Source of the DNA: Podarcis bocagei
Lineage: Eukaryota
NCBI GenBank assembly: GCA_964188305.1
Contig: OZ076887.1
Direction: 5' to 3' (one strand)
DNA: 64,000 bases
Shown: positions 1 through 13,193 of the stretch, piece by piece
Layout of the letters: the number at the start of each line of letters is the position of its first letter
Numbering within the stretch: the first letter of the stretch is position 1
Program-made: the position numbers and the translations under genes
The notes under the pieces: generated by a model
Told to the model about the DNA's origin: nothing
What the model saw: the letters and a program-made list of their open reading frames with translations, nothing else
Database searches by the model: none

Positions 1-229
1 TTAGAGATGTCTAGCGTTACACTTTTGTTAAAAAAAAGCAGTGTATGCTGAAATGTGGGTTGACAATATTTTAATACAGCCTGTAGCACATAATGTATTT
101 TATAAATGATAAAGCACGTTCATCTCTGAAGAAAAAAAGTAAATGTGACTCCCCCCCCCCAGCACAAGTCTTGACTTACAAAAGTTGTTGCTCTCTTTCT
201 TCCTCCAATCTCTCCCTTGGCCTGTGCAG

Positions 230-347
230 CTTTTACAGAAGAATGGACAGATATCCATTATTAATGGAATTACAGAAGAACAAGTGGAGCTCAGCCTTAA
301 GCCAGAAGAGCTGAAAAAGGAGCAGGGAGAAGCAGTCATAACAGATG
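230..347 (+). CDS. AKAP12: AKAP12 (gravin) alpha-isoform internal coding exon: LLQKNGQISIINGITEEQVELSLKPEELKKEQGEAVITD
   Basis: Pyrimidine tract + cag| at 227-229; 118-nt exon ending G|gtaagt. The translation resembles mammalian AKAP12-alpha LLQKNGQLSTINGVAEQ...VIVTE. The phase-1 end joins TT at 13194 to give GTT (V-G-Q-R). Confidence 0.9.
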
Positions 348-2357
348 GTAAGTAGATGCCTATAATGACATGGAAGATTACCCAGGACTATGGGACACAC
401 AAAAGGAAATTGGTACCTTGAGCCCTTTACTATAGTACAAAACATCACTTTATTAATTTAACACTTTGATCCCAGGTTCCTTAATTGGGGATGCCCTCCC
501 CCAAACAAATGATTGGCATTGCCAGCTTTGATAGTAATGACCACCTGTTGGAGAAGAGCAGGTGCCTGGATAGAGCGGCCCTCACCGCCTGGTCCAATCA
601 TAATCGGTAATGTTACAGATTCTTTGTAATAGTAAAGGTTCAATCTAGCTCCACTGCAGGTACTGTACCAACATGCATAGGTTGCCTGTATTGTCCAATA
701 TGACTCTGTTTTTCCTGCCTTCACCTAAGTGCTTACATGTGTAGGCTATATAAGGAGCCCTTGCAGGGAAAAGGAAGCACATGTGCTCCTCCCATATCCT
801 CATCCAACCTTATTTCTCTGTACCTTGTTAGTTACTTGTGTTTTGGAACATATACAAGTAGTAGAGCACATGTGCAGAAGTCAAGTTGGAGGCACAATAT
901 CCATGCATGGACCTTTCATTTCTTGCAACAGCCCCTGTGTGCAAACCCTTAGAAGAAATGGGGCTTTCTGAACCCAGTGGGAATCTTGTGTGTGGTGTTG
1001 TATCCAAGGTGAACTGGGTTAGGCCCAGTGTTTTTGAAATAGTCTGTGTTTTCATTCTTCACTCCCTTACTAATAGTTGATATCTCTAGAGAGGCCCCGA
1101 ACAAACTGTGTTACAAAGAAAGCATGCAGCAAGTTCATCCTGTTGTTAGAAAGTCCAAATAACTTTCTCAATCATTGTGTAAATGTTTCGGTGTTTTTAT
1201 GTTGATTTAATATACCCAAATTGCTTGCTGAATTTGGAGATACCTCTGAATGTTAGAAACTTTTTCTGCCTAAGCCCACCTGCTCCTGCTGCTGAGCCAC
1301 AGCCTCTTACATGCCTATTTCTTATCTTGTCCATTAATAGAATCACACTTTTAAAAGGCATATGTCTGCAGTCCTCATAGCTCAGAAATGAAGTTTTATT
1401 TATTTTCATTATAGATGGTAGTACAAAATCTCACCAAATTTGTTTCAGCCTCTGTTCTTTATGCCAACCATGTTTGCAACCCATATTATTTATAGTTTTT
1501 CCCATCAGTACAGTGCCATAACCTGACAATCTTCAGGGTGAAACTTGACATGCTGATTTTGACTGACCAGTGCAGATTTTTAGTTGTTCTAGTGTATTTG
1601 ACTGATACTAGGACTGATACAAGTTTTCAAAAAGTCTAAAAGTCTTTTTCAAAAAGTCACATGAGGATTTAAATAAGTAGTACTAACAGTAGCTTTTGTT
1701 TTAATTTATCTGTTTGCTATAAAGGGAACAGTATATATGGTTACTGTTGATGTTATAAAGAGCTTTTCATCTTCTCCATTGTTAAGATTGTATTTGTTTT
1801 TTCAGAAACCCTTTGATATAGAGGCATAACTTCAAAAACTTTCATATGCACATTCCCTGCAGTTAAAGCTTATTCAGTTTTGGGCTCATAGGAAATGCTC
1901 TGTTACTTCCTTCTTTCTATATACAAAAGCTGCTGTTAAGACAACGTATTCACTTTTTACATGTTTGATAATGATTTTGTGTAGGCAAAGCTCTCTTAAT
2001 TCCAATTGTGAGTCAGGAAGGGGAAATGTACTGGGTAGCCTTATCCACAGTCCAATTAAGCTGATGTTCTTAAAACCAGCTTTGTCCTACTGATTAAGAC
2101 AGCTTTTTAAACAGTTTGATTGGAGAATGTCAGGGATGACGCAGTGTTTATAGTCGAAGTCTGTTTTAGTCTGTTTCATGGCCTAATTGAGAGAGAGTGG
2201 GGGATAATGGTGGCAATTAGGATTTTTTTTTATTTCATACAAATTATATACCTTTTGATATTTAAAACATTAAAAACCTAAAACTTAAACAGATTAAAAC
2301 ACATCAGTGTTCTAGATACCTAAATACAATTGATTTTAGCAGGCAGCAAGAAGAGTA

Positions 2358-2599
2358 CAGTCATACCTTGGAAGTTGAACGGAATCCGTTCCGGAAGTCC
2401 ATTCAACTTCCAAAGTGTTCAAAAACCAAAGCACGGCTTCTGATTGGCTACAAGAAGCTCCTGCAGCCAATCAGAAGCCCCGTCGGACGTTTGGCTTCCA
2501 AAAGAACACTCGAAAACCGGAACAGTCACTTCCGGGTTTTGATTGTTTGGAAGCCAAACCCTTCGAGAACTAGGCTGTTCCAAAACCAAGGTATGACTG
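2358..2599. mobile_element. Tc1/mariner-superfamily (Tigger/pogo-like) MITE, family A
   Basis: 14-bp TIR CAGTCATACCTTGG/CCAAGGTATGACTG; 5' TA; internal 15-bp inverted repeat GGCTTCTGATTGGCT. Confidence 0.8.
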
Positions 2600-4087
2600 C
2601 CCAGCTATATCAATCGGCAGGGAATTCCAAAGTATATTATGCACTGCCACATTAATATATTAATTTCTTACAAATGTGGAACAGATATTATGTGCCACCT
2701 GTAAAAGTGGTAGTTCCGCAGATCAAAGCAATTGAGTGGGCATATATGGGATGAAGTGATCTCACAGGTAAACTGATCCTGAGTTAAGGGTTTTATATAG
2801 CAATAGTAAACACCAACCTGGCCCAATAGGCATCCTAGACCTTTTAAGCTTAGGAATTTAGAGTACCATAGACCAGAAGGAATGTTTGGTACCAGGAACT
2901 TATCAGGTAAGGATTTTAATACCAAAACAAATAAAAGTTGGAGACTCTCTAATGTTGGTCTTCAGAACAGTAGCATAACTTGCAGTTTTGGGAGCAAAAA
3001 ATGAGTGCTGAAATATGTGTAAGAGTGTTGAGAATTGAGTATGGACACCAAATCTCTGTGCATCTGTCAAGCTTGCTGGGTAGCCTTCAACAACAGCACC
3101 TTCCTTTGTAAATATGATCGGGGTATAAATGATGTGAAGACCGTAAAGGGTAGTACACCAAAAAGTCTGTAAGACTTAAAACTCTTAACAAATCAATATT
3201 GTGGATTCAAAAATAATACAGTCTCTTTGATTTAGAGGTGACTGGTTTGTGATGGTGTATGGGGCTGGGCATTTCATTGGAAGGAAAATGTTCACAAGGT
3301 AATAGGAGTAGCTGAACTCTTTCTTAAACAAAGCAGGTAAATTCTTCTGCATTCCAGACTAGCTAAATCACTGAAATACAAGAGAGGGCTTACCAATGAG
3401 TCAAGGGGCCACTTCTCACATTACTTTTTCCTACAGAAGAACTGGACCTGTTGGTGTGGAAACTGCAGAAAATGCGTGCCTGCTTTATCTTGAGATTAGC
3501 TAGACATATTTCTATTTTACCACTGAGACACATCTGGTTTCCATCAAACATTTGCTTGTCAGATGCTAGTCCTAGCAGAAAATAGGAAGTATTTTTTTGG
3601 ACATTCTCATATTACAGCCCACATGTTTCTTTTTTGCTCTTTCTGACATACTTTTGACTTCTGGAGGGTCTTGATGAGAATCAGAAATGTCCCTAGTTTA
3701 CAATCATGGTTTTCAGGGCAAGTGCAAACCATAGTTTCCCAGGTCAGCTATAATGTTAAATTGGTTTGCTGTAAACTAAGACATAATTCATTAAGCAGAG
3801 CACAGTGGAGAGAGGACTACACAAGCATAATGCTTGCTTCCTTAGTGCATAAATGCTTAAGAGAAGACCAAAAGATCAAGCTAAAGGCCTATGTAGTACA
3901 GCACTCCATGTCTTCACAGTGGACAACCAGATGCCCACAGGAAGTCTGCAAGCAAAACCTGAGCACAACAGCTCCCCCCCTCCTGTGATTCTCATCAATG
4001 AGTATTTAGTGGCATACTGTCTCCAACCATAGAAAATAAAGGGAGAAAGGTAGAAGACATGGAAGTAGAAGGTAGAAAATATAGCCA

Positions 4088-4250
4088 ACATAGCCAGTAG
4101 TCATCGATAGCCTTATCTTCCATTAACTTATCTAATTTTTTAAAAAAGTTATCCAAGTCCATGGCTATCACTACCACTTGCCAGTTAATTCCATAGTTAA
4201 CTATGTGCTTTGTGAATAAGTACTGTACTTTCTTTTGTCTGTCCTGAGAC
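4088..4250 (-). mobile_element. CR1 LINE 3' remnant
   Basis: YLFTKHIVNYG...VVIAMDLDNFFKKLDKLMEDKAIDDY resembles the CR1 ORF2 end (FFTQRIV.LWNSLP..VV.A..LD.FK..LDKFMED..I.GY). Confidence 0.7.
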
Positions 4251-5848
4251 TTCCAGCCTTCAGCTTCATTGGGAAAGGCTCTCTCCAAAAGTAGCTTTAA
4301 ATAGTCAGTGACCACTTGAAGGCTTGCTTTTTTTGGAGGAGAGTGTCATGAAGAGAGCATAGCTGACTGGCAACCTGAGTTTGAGCAATCCATGCTGCAA
4401 TATTTTGTTGCAGCTTGTTAATTGTAGTTTTAAATGTGATACATTCACCATGGGAAAAATAGTCATGGCATAATGCTGTTGCATCGTTGCCTATGCCAGT
4501 CTTGGGTTTGTATTTTATTTTTGCTAAGGTTAGGCACAAGCATGTCAATGGTTTTCAAATTATTCATTGGAATTCTGGGTTAGAAGTTATTGGGATTGTT
4601 CAGTGAGAAGAATAGTAATGCTAGATAGTGTCTGAAGGACAACTCATTCGTCATTACTCGCCTTCCTCTACAGTGCACACTCTGGGCCAAATGAAATGTA
4701 AAACTAAATGTGTGAGTGTTCCTTTTTTTCTCCCTTTTTAAATAACAGCCTCTGGAGATAGGTGGGATTGGGATCAAGGTGCAAAGGAAGGAGGTTTCAG
4801 CCTTTCCCTTCCATTATGGATCCATGTGAGAGAAGCTTTCTTCCTGGGTTTAGTCATCAGGACTATGACTGTGATAGGAATGGCATGGTGAATCCCCTCC
4901 GTGCTGATATGATCCTGATATCCCGAAGCTATTTAGAAAAAAACTAGACCTGTTAAATGTATTCACACATTTAACATAATGTTCACACACAATGCTGAAC
5001 CAAACCATGGTTTATTGTATCCACAGCTATGGATTAAGCAAAATGTTAGACATGTAATTTGCTTGTCTGCAATCTGACAAATTTCATGCATTTGAACTTT
5101 AATGAAAACGTTCCACACTATTTGTATTTCATTGCAATTTGATCCCACTGTGTTCAAATCCCCCCCATCCTGCACCCCAAATATGTATACATAATTGCCA
5201 ATTGAATATAATGTTTCTTGCATCTGATGCAGTGGTTTCCAGCCTATGACATACTATGCCATAATTGCCATAATAATTGCTTTAGCATTTGAGGTGTTAC
5301 AAGGTTGCAAGGTTCTTCACTGAACTTTCAACCATGGCATTGAACTGTATATATGAGATTAAAGTTCCCAGAGGAAAGAGTCTGGTTGTTGGAATATTCT
5401 TATTTTTGTATATGGAAAGTGATTCTGGAAATTTTTCTCCTTTCATTTAGTAGGCATATAGTAAATATGAGAGAGAGGTATGTTACACACCCTCCTTAAT
5501 CTAAAGGACTTCCAGTGATCTGCATAAAGCCCTTTGTAACAATAGGGGATGTGGTTTGGTCAGAGGGTGGAGATCTCATTGTTAAATTTAGGAATATAGC
5601 CTGCCCACTCAATGAGCAGCTAAGGAGGGGATGGGCCACAGAGAGCTGTCTGTCAAGGACCAGTCTGCTGAAACACAACTTCAGTCTGCCTTTTTCATTA
5701 GACACTGAAGGACTGAAACGTGTTTCTGTTAGCTCTGCTTCCCTCCTACCCCCCCTCCCTCTGATTGCACTGTGACTTGGAGAAATAAAAATAACGGAGT
5801 GTCTTGCTTTGAGGAGAGGAAAATCCAGGTTGCCAAAGGGTAGAGAAA

Positions 5849-5873
5849 ATGCTGGGAACTATCACTCTAACAG
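5849..5873 (+). CDS. AKAP12: AKAP12 beta-isoform first coding exon (MLGTITLT)
   Basis: ATG CTG GGA ACT ATC ACT CTA ACA G|gtatga matches the mammalian beta N-terminus MLGTITIT. The phase-1 donor is in frame with the large exon (25+7100 nt = 2375 codons). Confidence 0.9.
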
Positions 5874-8800
5874 GTATGAAATGTTTACATTTTGAATTGT
5901 ATTGATGGTTCTGTTGTCTAATTGTGATGGTGATTCTATGCAGCAGCACTTTTGTCCACGACTCAAGCATGTGACACACATATTGGAGCAGTTCTTTATT
6001 AAGCCATGTACAGCATAGTCTATACATGTCTACCTGGAAGTAAATCCCATTGAGTTCAGTGGTGCTTATTTCCGGATAAGTGGGAAAAGTATTGCGGCTA
6101 TAATAACTTTTAAAACTTATAATTTATGTTTAAATAGGAGTGGGGAAGTGTTTTTGGATTAAAATCCTAAAGCTGCAGCTCTATGCACACTTATCTAGAA
6201 AGCCTGTTGCAGTTACATTTACTGCTGCGTAAATATGGTTGAACTCAAGCATCTTTATGTGGTTGAGTTAGGTCAATTTCCCTACATGTTTACGCTTTAA
6301 ATTAGGAAGTTTAATTTATAGAAAAATGTATTTCAAATGTAACAGTATTTCTTAGATTACAAAGTACTTTAGGATTAGTGATTTTATATTGGCAGGGGTA
6401 CTTTTTATTCTCTGGCATCTTTTCTACTCACAGAAGCATGCTTGTTTTTGATCTTTCAAATGCCAGAGAATTCTGTACTTATAAGTTTAAAAAAAGTTTC
6501 ATTTCTCCCCCAACATTTACTCTTTAGTCATGTCATTTAATTACCATATTATTTCACTTAATTTACACTGTGAGTTTTCTCTCAGCCATTTGATCCTAGG
6601 TTTCATATTTTTTTGCAACCTCCCATGTCTTAAAAGTAAACTTCCTTTTCCTTAATTTCCATTATCCTTGACCCCAGGCACAACCTTTCTACATAAATAA
6701 TGGAGCAAACATCTGTTTTAACTTCTGAAGTTCAAGTGATCACTGCTCACTTCATCTTATTCATTAAAAAGTGGACTATGTATCTGCTCATAAACACAAA
6801 ATCATTAAATTGGAGTGAATTAATTAGTGTGCTTGGAGGGAAGCTATAACCCCCTCTGCCCCCAAACTCCTTTACAACTTAATTTTGGAAACAAAGACCT
6901 TTGGAAACTCATCAGTATATTGCTGAATGGTTGGGAACAGTTGCTGAAAAACAATACTTAGAAGCACCAGGGTTTAGACACTTCATTTTATCTTTCCTGC
7001 TGAGATGCTTGTTGAAACATTCCATCATTTATAGGGGGGGGGGGAAGAACAGTGATGGTAGACAGTATAGTATATTTATTGCAATATAGGCAATAAATAT
7101 TTTCAGCTTATGCAAATGTTTTACTGCATCTCTGTGAGATTTCCCCTCAGTTTTGCCTATTAGTCATTTTTGTTTGATCTTTTCTCATAAACATTAAATA
7201 GTACTAGCACCAACAAACAGAACTATGACTTTTTTCTTTTCTTTTACAATATCAGTGCTGTGGAATGTATATGCATCCCATGTGGACAACCGAAAGAGAC
7301 CAATTCTGTTTTGACTTTACTGTAACTCGTTCAGAATGCTAATGTGTTTATTATCATTCTGATAGTAAATTGGGACATCTTAAAACTCCATATGTCATAT
7401 ACAGTTATATGCCAAAATGGCTTCTCTTACAGTTGTAAAGTGCTGGTTGAACTGACATCACCACAGAGGTCAGTTCATTTGTTTAATGTAGGTAAAATAC
7501 ATTTTAAAGCTTGCCCTGCATAGCCTTTACTAATCTCAATGTAACTGTATCCAGCAATTGAATTCCTATAACAAAAAGCCAGCTTATACTTGGAGTGAAG
7601 AAGTATGGCAGTTCAAATTCATTCTTAAATTGTTCAGTTGGACCAGCTGTTGTTAGACTCATGACAGTGAGCAATTTTCTTTCCACATTAAATATGTTGT
7701 AACACTAGGTACAAAATAGAGCTGTGAATTTTTTAACAGCAGTTGGTTTAAACCAAATATTTCAAGGCAATGATCTGCTCTCAGTTAAACACAATCAACG
7801 ACACTGATGGCAGTGGGATTAACTATGAAATAGAGAGACTATTCTGGTCTTAGATGTTTAAATATGGAATAAACTTAAGTTTTGTTTTAAAAATTGTTTG
7901 GAGACTTTCAGTGGCTAGAGAATTTTGGAACACTAGAGACCCGGGCGTGTATGACATATATCTGATGGATACAGAATGTAGAGAATTCATGGAGAAAATC
8001 CAGGGCAGGGCAGCAAATCCGGGGGGGGGGGGGGAGAGAGAGTCAACCAGCTCCAGATGTTGACATGGCTGACTGCAAGCACATGAGGTGTTTCAGATTT
8101 AACTGTTACAGCCTGAGAAATACTTTCTGTCTTCCAACTACAAGAAATGGTATCTCTCCTTTCTTGTGAGAAGGTGGGGGAAACGGAAAAAGTATGAAAT
8201 ATTTGTTAGAAGTAAAATGTATGTGTAACACTTTTTAGGTATTGTGGCAGTAGACACTCACTTGATTCTATTCATGTTGGAATGGATATTTTATCTTCCT
8301 AATCAGGGAATCGTCATAAAACAACTGCTTTAAGGCCCAAGCTATAGAGTTTTCCCTAATTACACATTTATTTAGAGTAATAAGGAAGTGTTTTCTTTTT
8401 ACATTGTATGTCAAATGACTGTAAATGTTGGACCTACATTTCTAACAGCACGTTCTAAGTAAGATGAACTCTATAGTACCAACCACATCAGTATCAACTG
8501 TGGGAATAAATGAGTGCCTGTGTATTATACGAACAGAAGTTATAGTGAAGAGAGATTGAGTACAAGTACTTGCAACAACTAGTAGCCATAGATATAATGT
8601 GTATTCCCATGACTCATCCAGCCTGTGGAGTGGGACTGGATGAGTATCATAATTTTGAATGTGCATGTTCTCATTTACACCACCTGCATGCGTACCTTGC
8701 CAGATCTTCCTGGCTTGATCAGAGGACTAAGAAAGGGTGCCTTTTGCTCTTTGTTCTGCTTCTCATTCAGTGACAGAGAAGGCTTAAATCATTCTAATGC

Positions 8801-10289
8801 CTCATTAAGGCTTTTTTTTTTTAAAAAAAAGGTATAGTACAGGAGTGAGAGAATCTCAGCTCCTGGTATTCTGGTTACATAGAAATCTGAAAAAGTAATG
8901 CTGGTGTCTAAAGTATAAATTAAAATTGTGATTACAGTGCTGGAGTTGATCCTTCTTCAAGGTCCTATTTTTCAGATTAAAATCTTCCTCTGCCCCAAAG
9001 TATTGGGGGCACAGGGGGAGATGAAACTTAACGGAACCTTAAAAAAAAAGCTAGCTGAAATTTCATTACATGTATACATGTGACATTCTGTTAAGCTGTC
9101 TTGTCACTTCTTTTCACACTGCACAATTAAGAAGAAAGTCAATAATGCTGACTTCATTGTGAGTCATTACTGCCATATATAAGTATGAACTGGCATCTCA
9201 GAGAAGCAAACCACAAACAGCAGAGTTCTACTAAGAGACACTGTTCTCTCTGGTTGACAGATAGTTTTGAATGTCTTTAGATCTAAAATCAACATTGTTT
9301 ACACCATCCCTTTGATGTAACTGCACATAAAGCTACTCTGCAAAGTAACGAGGGCTTCTTCCAATAGTGAGCAGCGTTGTTGGGCACTCACAGAATGGAA
9401 CTATGGAGGAGACTTGATTTAGGACGGTGTGGCTAAAGAAGCCTTGGGGTACAATATTTGGATGTTTGGGTGGAGCCACTCCTTGACACACTGTGGTTTT
9501 CAGCATTTTCAAGTTGATCTGGGGTAAACCTTTCTAGAATTGTAATTAGTACTCTTAAAAGCAGTAATCATACTTTTTCAGTGAATTTTATTTTATTGGC
9601 ATCGTTGCTATTCATAGGCATCATTGAAAGTTATTTTGTTTCGGCATGCTTTTTCTTATGAATCCATAAGCATAGCATATCTTGATTTTTAAAAAATACA
9701 TTGAATGTAGTTATAGCCAATCTCATCTATATATTATGCACCTAGTATTTCACATAAACCTTGAGATTTGTTAAGTAAAATAGCAATGAAATACTGCCCT
9801 CTGCTGTTCATTTTTGTCAACAAATTAGTTTTTCTTTTTGAAGATAATGGTTTTGCTTCTGACATGTCAAATGACAATGGAACAATAAGACAGCGCCTGA
9901 TAAACTTGCAGTCATTAATTTCTAAATATTATGGTCTGCTTCACAAGTCACTTTAAATGAGAGTTAAACTAAACTATGGTTTAAAGCTGCAAACTGCTGT
10001 AGCGATTTTGCTCCTCTGCTGGGAATGTGGCTTGTTTGGGGAAAACAAGCCACAAACCTTGGTTCGAACATAATACTAAGCCAAACCACGGCTTAGCTCC
10101 TAGCAGCATGGTGATAGCAGGAGCAGAGGAGAAGTGAAATGCCTGTCCTTTCAGCAGCATGCACCCACATGCTGTGTGCTAACCTTTAAACCACAGTTTA
10201 AAATGGTGTATTAGTAGCAAGAGGAATGTGTATCTCAACAGCTAATGCTTTCTGGGACCAATTTGTTTATGTTTTAATTTATATTCTGC

Positions 10290-10730
10290 TTAAATTCATA
10301 GAAATTATATCCTACACTTCCTCCCAAAGGAGTTTAGGGTGGCAAACAACAAGCAATAAAAACACATTAAAAACAATTTGAACACAGATGCAGACTGGGA
10401 AAGAACTCAACCTAAAAGGCTTGTAGGAAGAGGAAGGTCTTTAGTAGGCACCAACAAGACAACAGAGATGGGGGGGGGGCAGTCTGTTTAATATTTAAAG
10501 AGAATGAATTCAGAAGGGTAGGTACCACAGCACTAAAAGCCTAATACCTAAATTGTGCAGAACAGAGCTCATAATAAAATAGTATTTGCAGGAGGCCTTC
10601 TTCACCTGCAGAGTGCAGGGGTCAACTGGATATGTAAGGGGTGAGATGATATTTCGGTATCCTGATTCCAATTTGTATAGGGTTTTATACACTAAAACCA
10701 GCACATTAAACTTAGTCTGCTGGCTAATAT
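10290..10730 (-). mobile_element. L2-clade LINE 3' remnant
   Basis: Minus-strand TKFNVLVLVYKTLYKL..GY motif followed by a degenerate 3' region. Confidence 0.55.
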
Positions 10731-12693
10731 TCCACCATCTAGTCTTCAAGGTGGCTTATGATATGGAATAAAACAACAAAAAATAAATCCAATTAAAAGA
10801 ACAGCATCAACTAAAATGCATTCCTAATAATAAGATTTTCCAATCCAAATTCTCAAAATGTCTGGCAGGGTAGATCTTGTCTTTACTGAAGTATTAAAAA
10901 ATTGGTAACAAATTGTAGCTGCACAGTTCTTCAGGTAGAGGATTTTTTTTTTGTCTTCAAAGCATTCACCAGAAAGTCTCAAAGTAAAGTTACGGTGCAA
11001 TTGGATAATAGATTTCTCACAGAAACATCCTAAATGTGGACACTTTTCTTTTGACAAGCAAACATTCTCAGGCCACTTACTGCAGCTTCATCTCATTGCA
11101 ATTTTAAGTAAAGCTAAATGCATACAGTTTATCATAGGAGTCTAGTGGATGGTTTGAAGGTTGCTAGTGATAGTTTGTGATTAAGCAGGTCCAATTACAG
11201 CAGTAGTAGTAGACCTGGATTTCTCCTCCTGTAAAAAGCCTGGGAACAGAGGCCCAATACTGTACTTGGCCAAATCTAGTACAATTATATGTAGTCAAGG
11301 TTCTTAGGTAACTGGAAATTGTTCAGATTTGAATTGCTTGGCCTGTTGATATGGAAGGTACTGCATTGCAGATAATGACTATAAAATGTTAGTGCTCTCT
11401 GAAAGTATGCATACATCTCTTGAGGAATTATTCTGGGGATGGCTGGAGATGGAAGCCATCTGTATGGAAGGGCAAGTTGCCATTGATCATTGCTTTATTA
11501 TGGTTTGATCATGGTCAGGAAATGTGCTTAATGTAATGCAAATCAGATCAGATGTGATTTAGTTGTTAGAGGATCTGGAGCATTTTTAATAGAGCGGTAC
11601 TTTTAAAAGATTTCTTTACAGCAAAAGCAGAGAGACAGATTTGTTTTTTCTTTCTTTTGCTATATAATTAACACGTCAGAAAATACTCCTTCTTCTTAAT
11701 CCAGCAGATGCCCTGGAAGGAGATTCAGGACAGACAAAACTACGGTTCTTCACATAATTCATTTATTTAACATTGTGGCACTTTGCCTGTGGAATTCGCT
11801 CCCTCTAGCAATATACCAGATAACTTCATTTTGGGAGTTTTTGTTGACAACTTGGTACATACCTGTTTACCTAGGCGTTTGTGCTGTCTTGAGATCAAGT
11901 GTTGGGCTTATTTCTGCTGCACGGTGTATTTTTCATCATCATAATTTTATTTGTATGCTGCCTTTCCTAATTAAATCCATGCTCAGGGTGGCTTACAACA
12001 TAAAAAGATTTATATAATTATAAACAAAGCAAAAGTAAAACACATCAAAAAGTGCACAGCCAAACTGAACAATTTCAACATAACTCATAATACCTAAAAA
12101 TAAAGATACAAAAATTAACAGCAATAATAGCAAACAAACAAATCCCTAAACAGTACCTCAGCAGCCTCCTGGAGTCAGTCATTCAGGGCCCCTCCCTCCT
12201 AGGCCAGGTGGAAAAGGCTTGCAAGGCATGGAGCAGGTCTTCCAGGAATCACAACCAAAATTTATTGTTTGTTTTATAAAATTGATAAACTGCTTGATTG
12301 TAAGAAACCTCAATGTGGTTTACAAAAATATAAAACAAGAAAAGCCTCTTAACTAATGAAAATAGACTATGGTCTCTGCTGCTGGCTTGACTCAGATACT
12401 ATTAAAAAAATTAACTCCTTAAATTTTGGAAGTAGAATGTCAGGTTGGGAACATGGTGTGGCTGCCTTTACATTATCAAAATTCTGAAAGCAAAATATTT
12501 GTTTTCCAATGTCCACAGTTTATTTAAAATTCTTTTGATGCCCTAGGTTTTTCCAGTATGAAGCTTCCAACCAAATTTTGAAGTGACTTTATTTCACTTC
12601 ATTATCTCTCTATATAATTATGTTTTGTTAATTTTATGCATAGATACCCTTAAAATAATGGAATTATTTTTATCATGCATTTTAAAAGACATA

Positions 12694-12943
12694 CAGTCAT
12701 ACCTTGGTTCTCGAATGGAATCCATTCTGGAAGTCCATTTGACTTCTGAAAATGTACAAAAACCAAGGCATAGCTTCTGATTGGCTGCAGGAGCTTCTTG
12801 CACTCAATCAGAAGCCACAGAAGCCGCATTGGACATTTGGGCTACAAAAAAGTTTGCAAACCGAAACACTCACTTCTGGGTTTGCGGCGTTCGGGAGCCA
12901 AAACCTTCGAGTCACAAGGCGTTTGGCAACCAAGGTACGACTG
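12694..12943. mobile_element. Tigger/pogo-like MITE, family A
   Basis: TA|CAGTCATACCTTGGTT...AACCAAGGTACGACTG|TA; homologous to 2358-2599. Confidence 0.85.
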
Positions 12944-13193
12944 TATATAATGTCCACAATCTTGTACAAAATTGAATATGTTTAAGCTCATTAATTTCAA
13001 TGCATTCGACTTTTAATAATAGTGCAGTGTATTCCTATATGGGTTTATTTGGAACTAAGTCCCACAGCCTTACTCCCAAGTAAGTGTGCCTAGGATTAGA
13101 GGAATAGTGATTGTTTCTACTTCTTATGCAATTTAAATAGAATTGTAATAACAGAATGCCTAATTATTTATTGCTTTTAAATGTCTCCTACAG

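Noticed and set aside
13181-13193. ORF-track start MSPT of the 2370-aa ORF as the main AKAP12 N-terminus
   Set aside because: It lies in the splice-acceptor tract (ctcctacag|). The true N-termini come from upstream exons.
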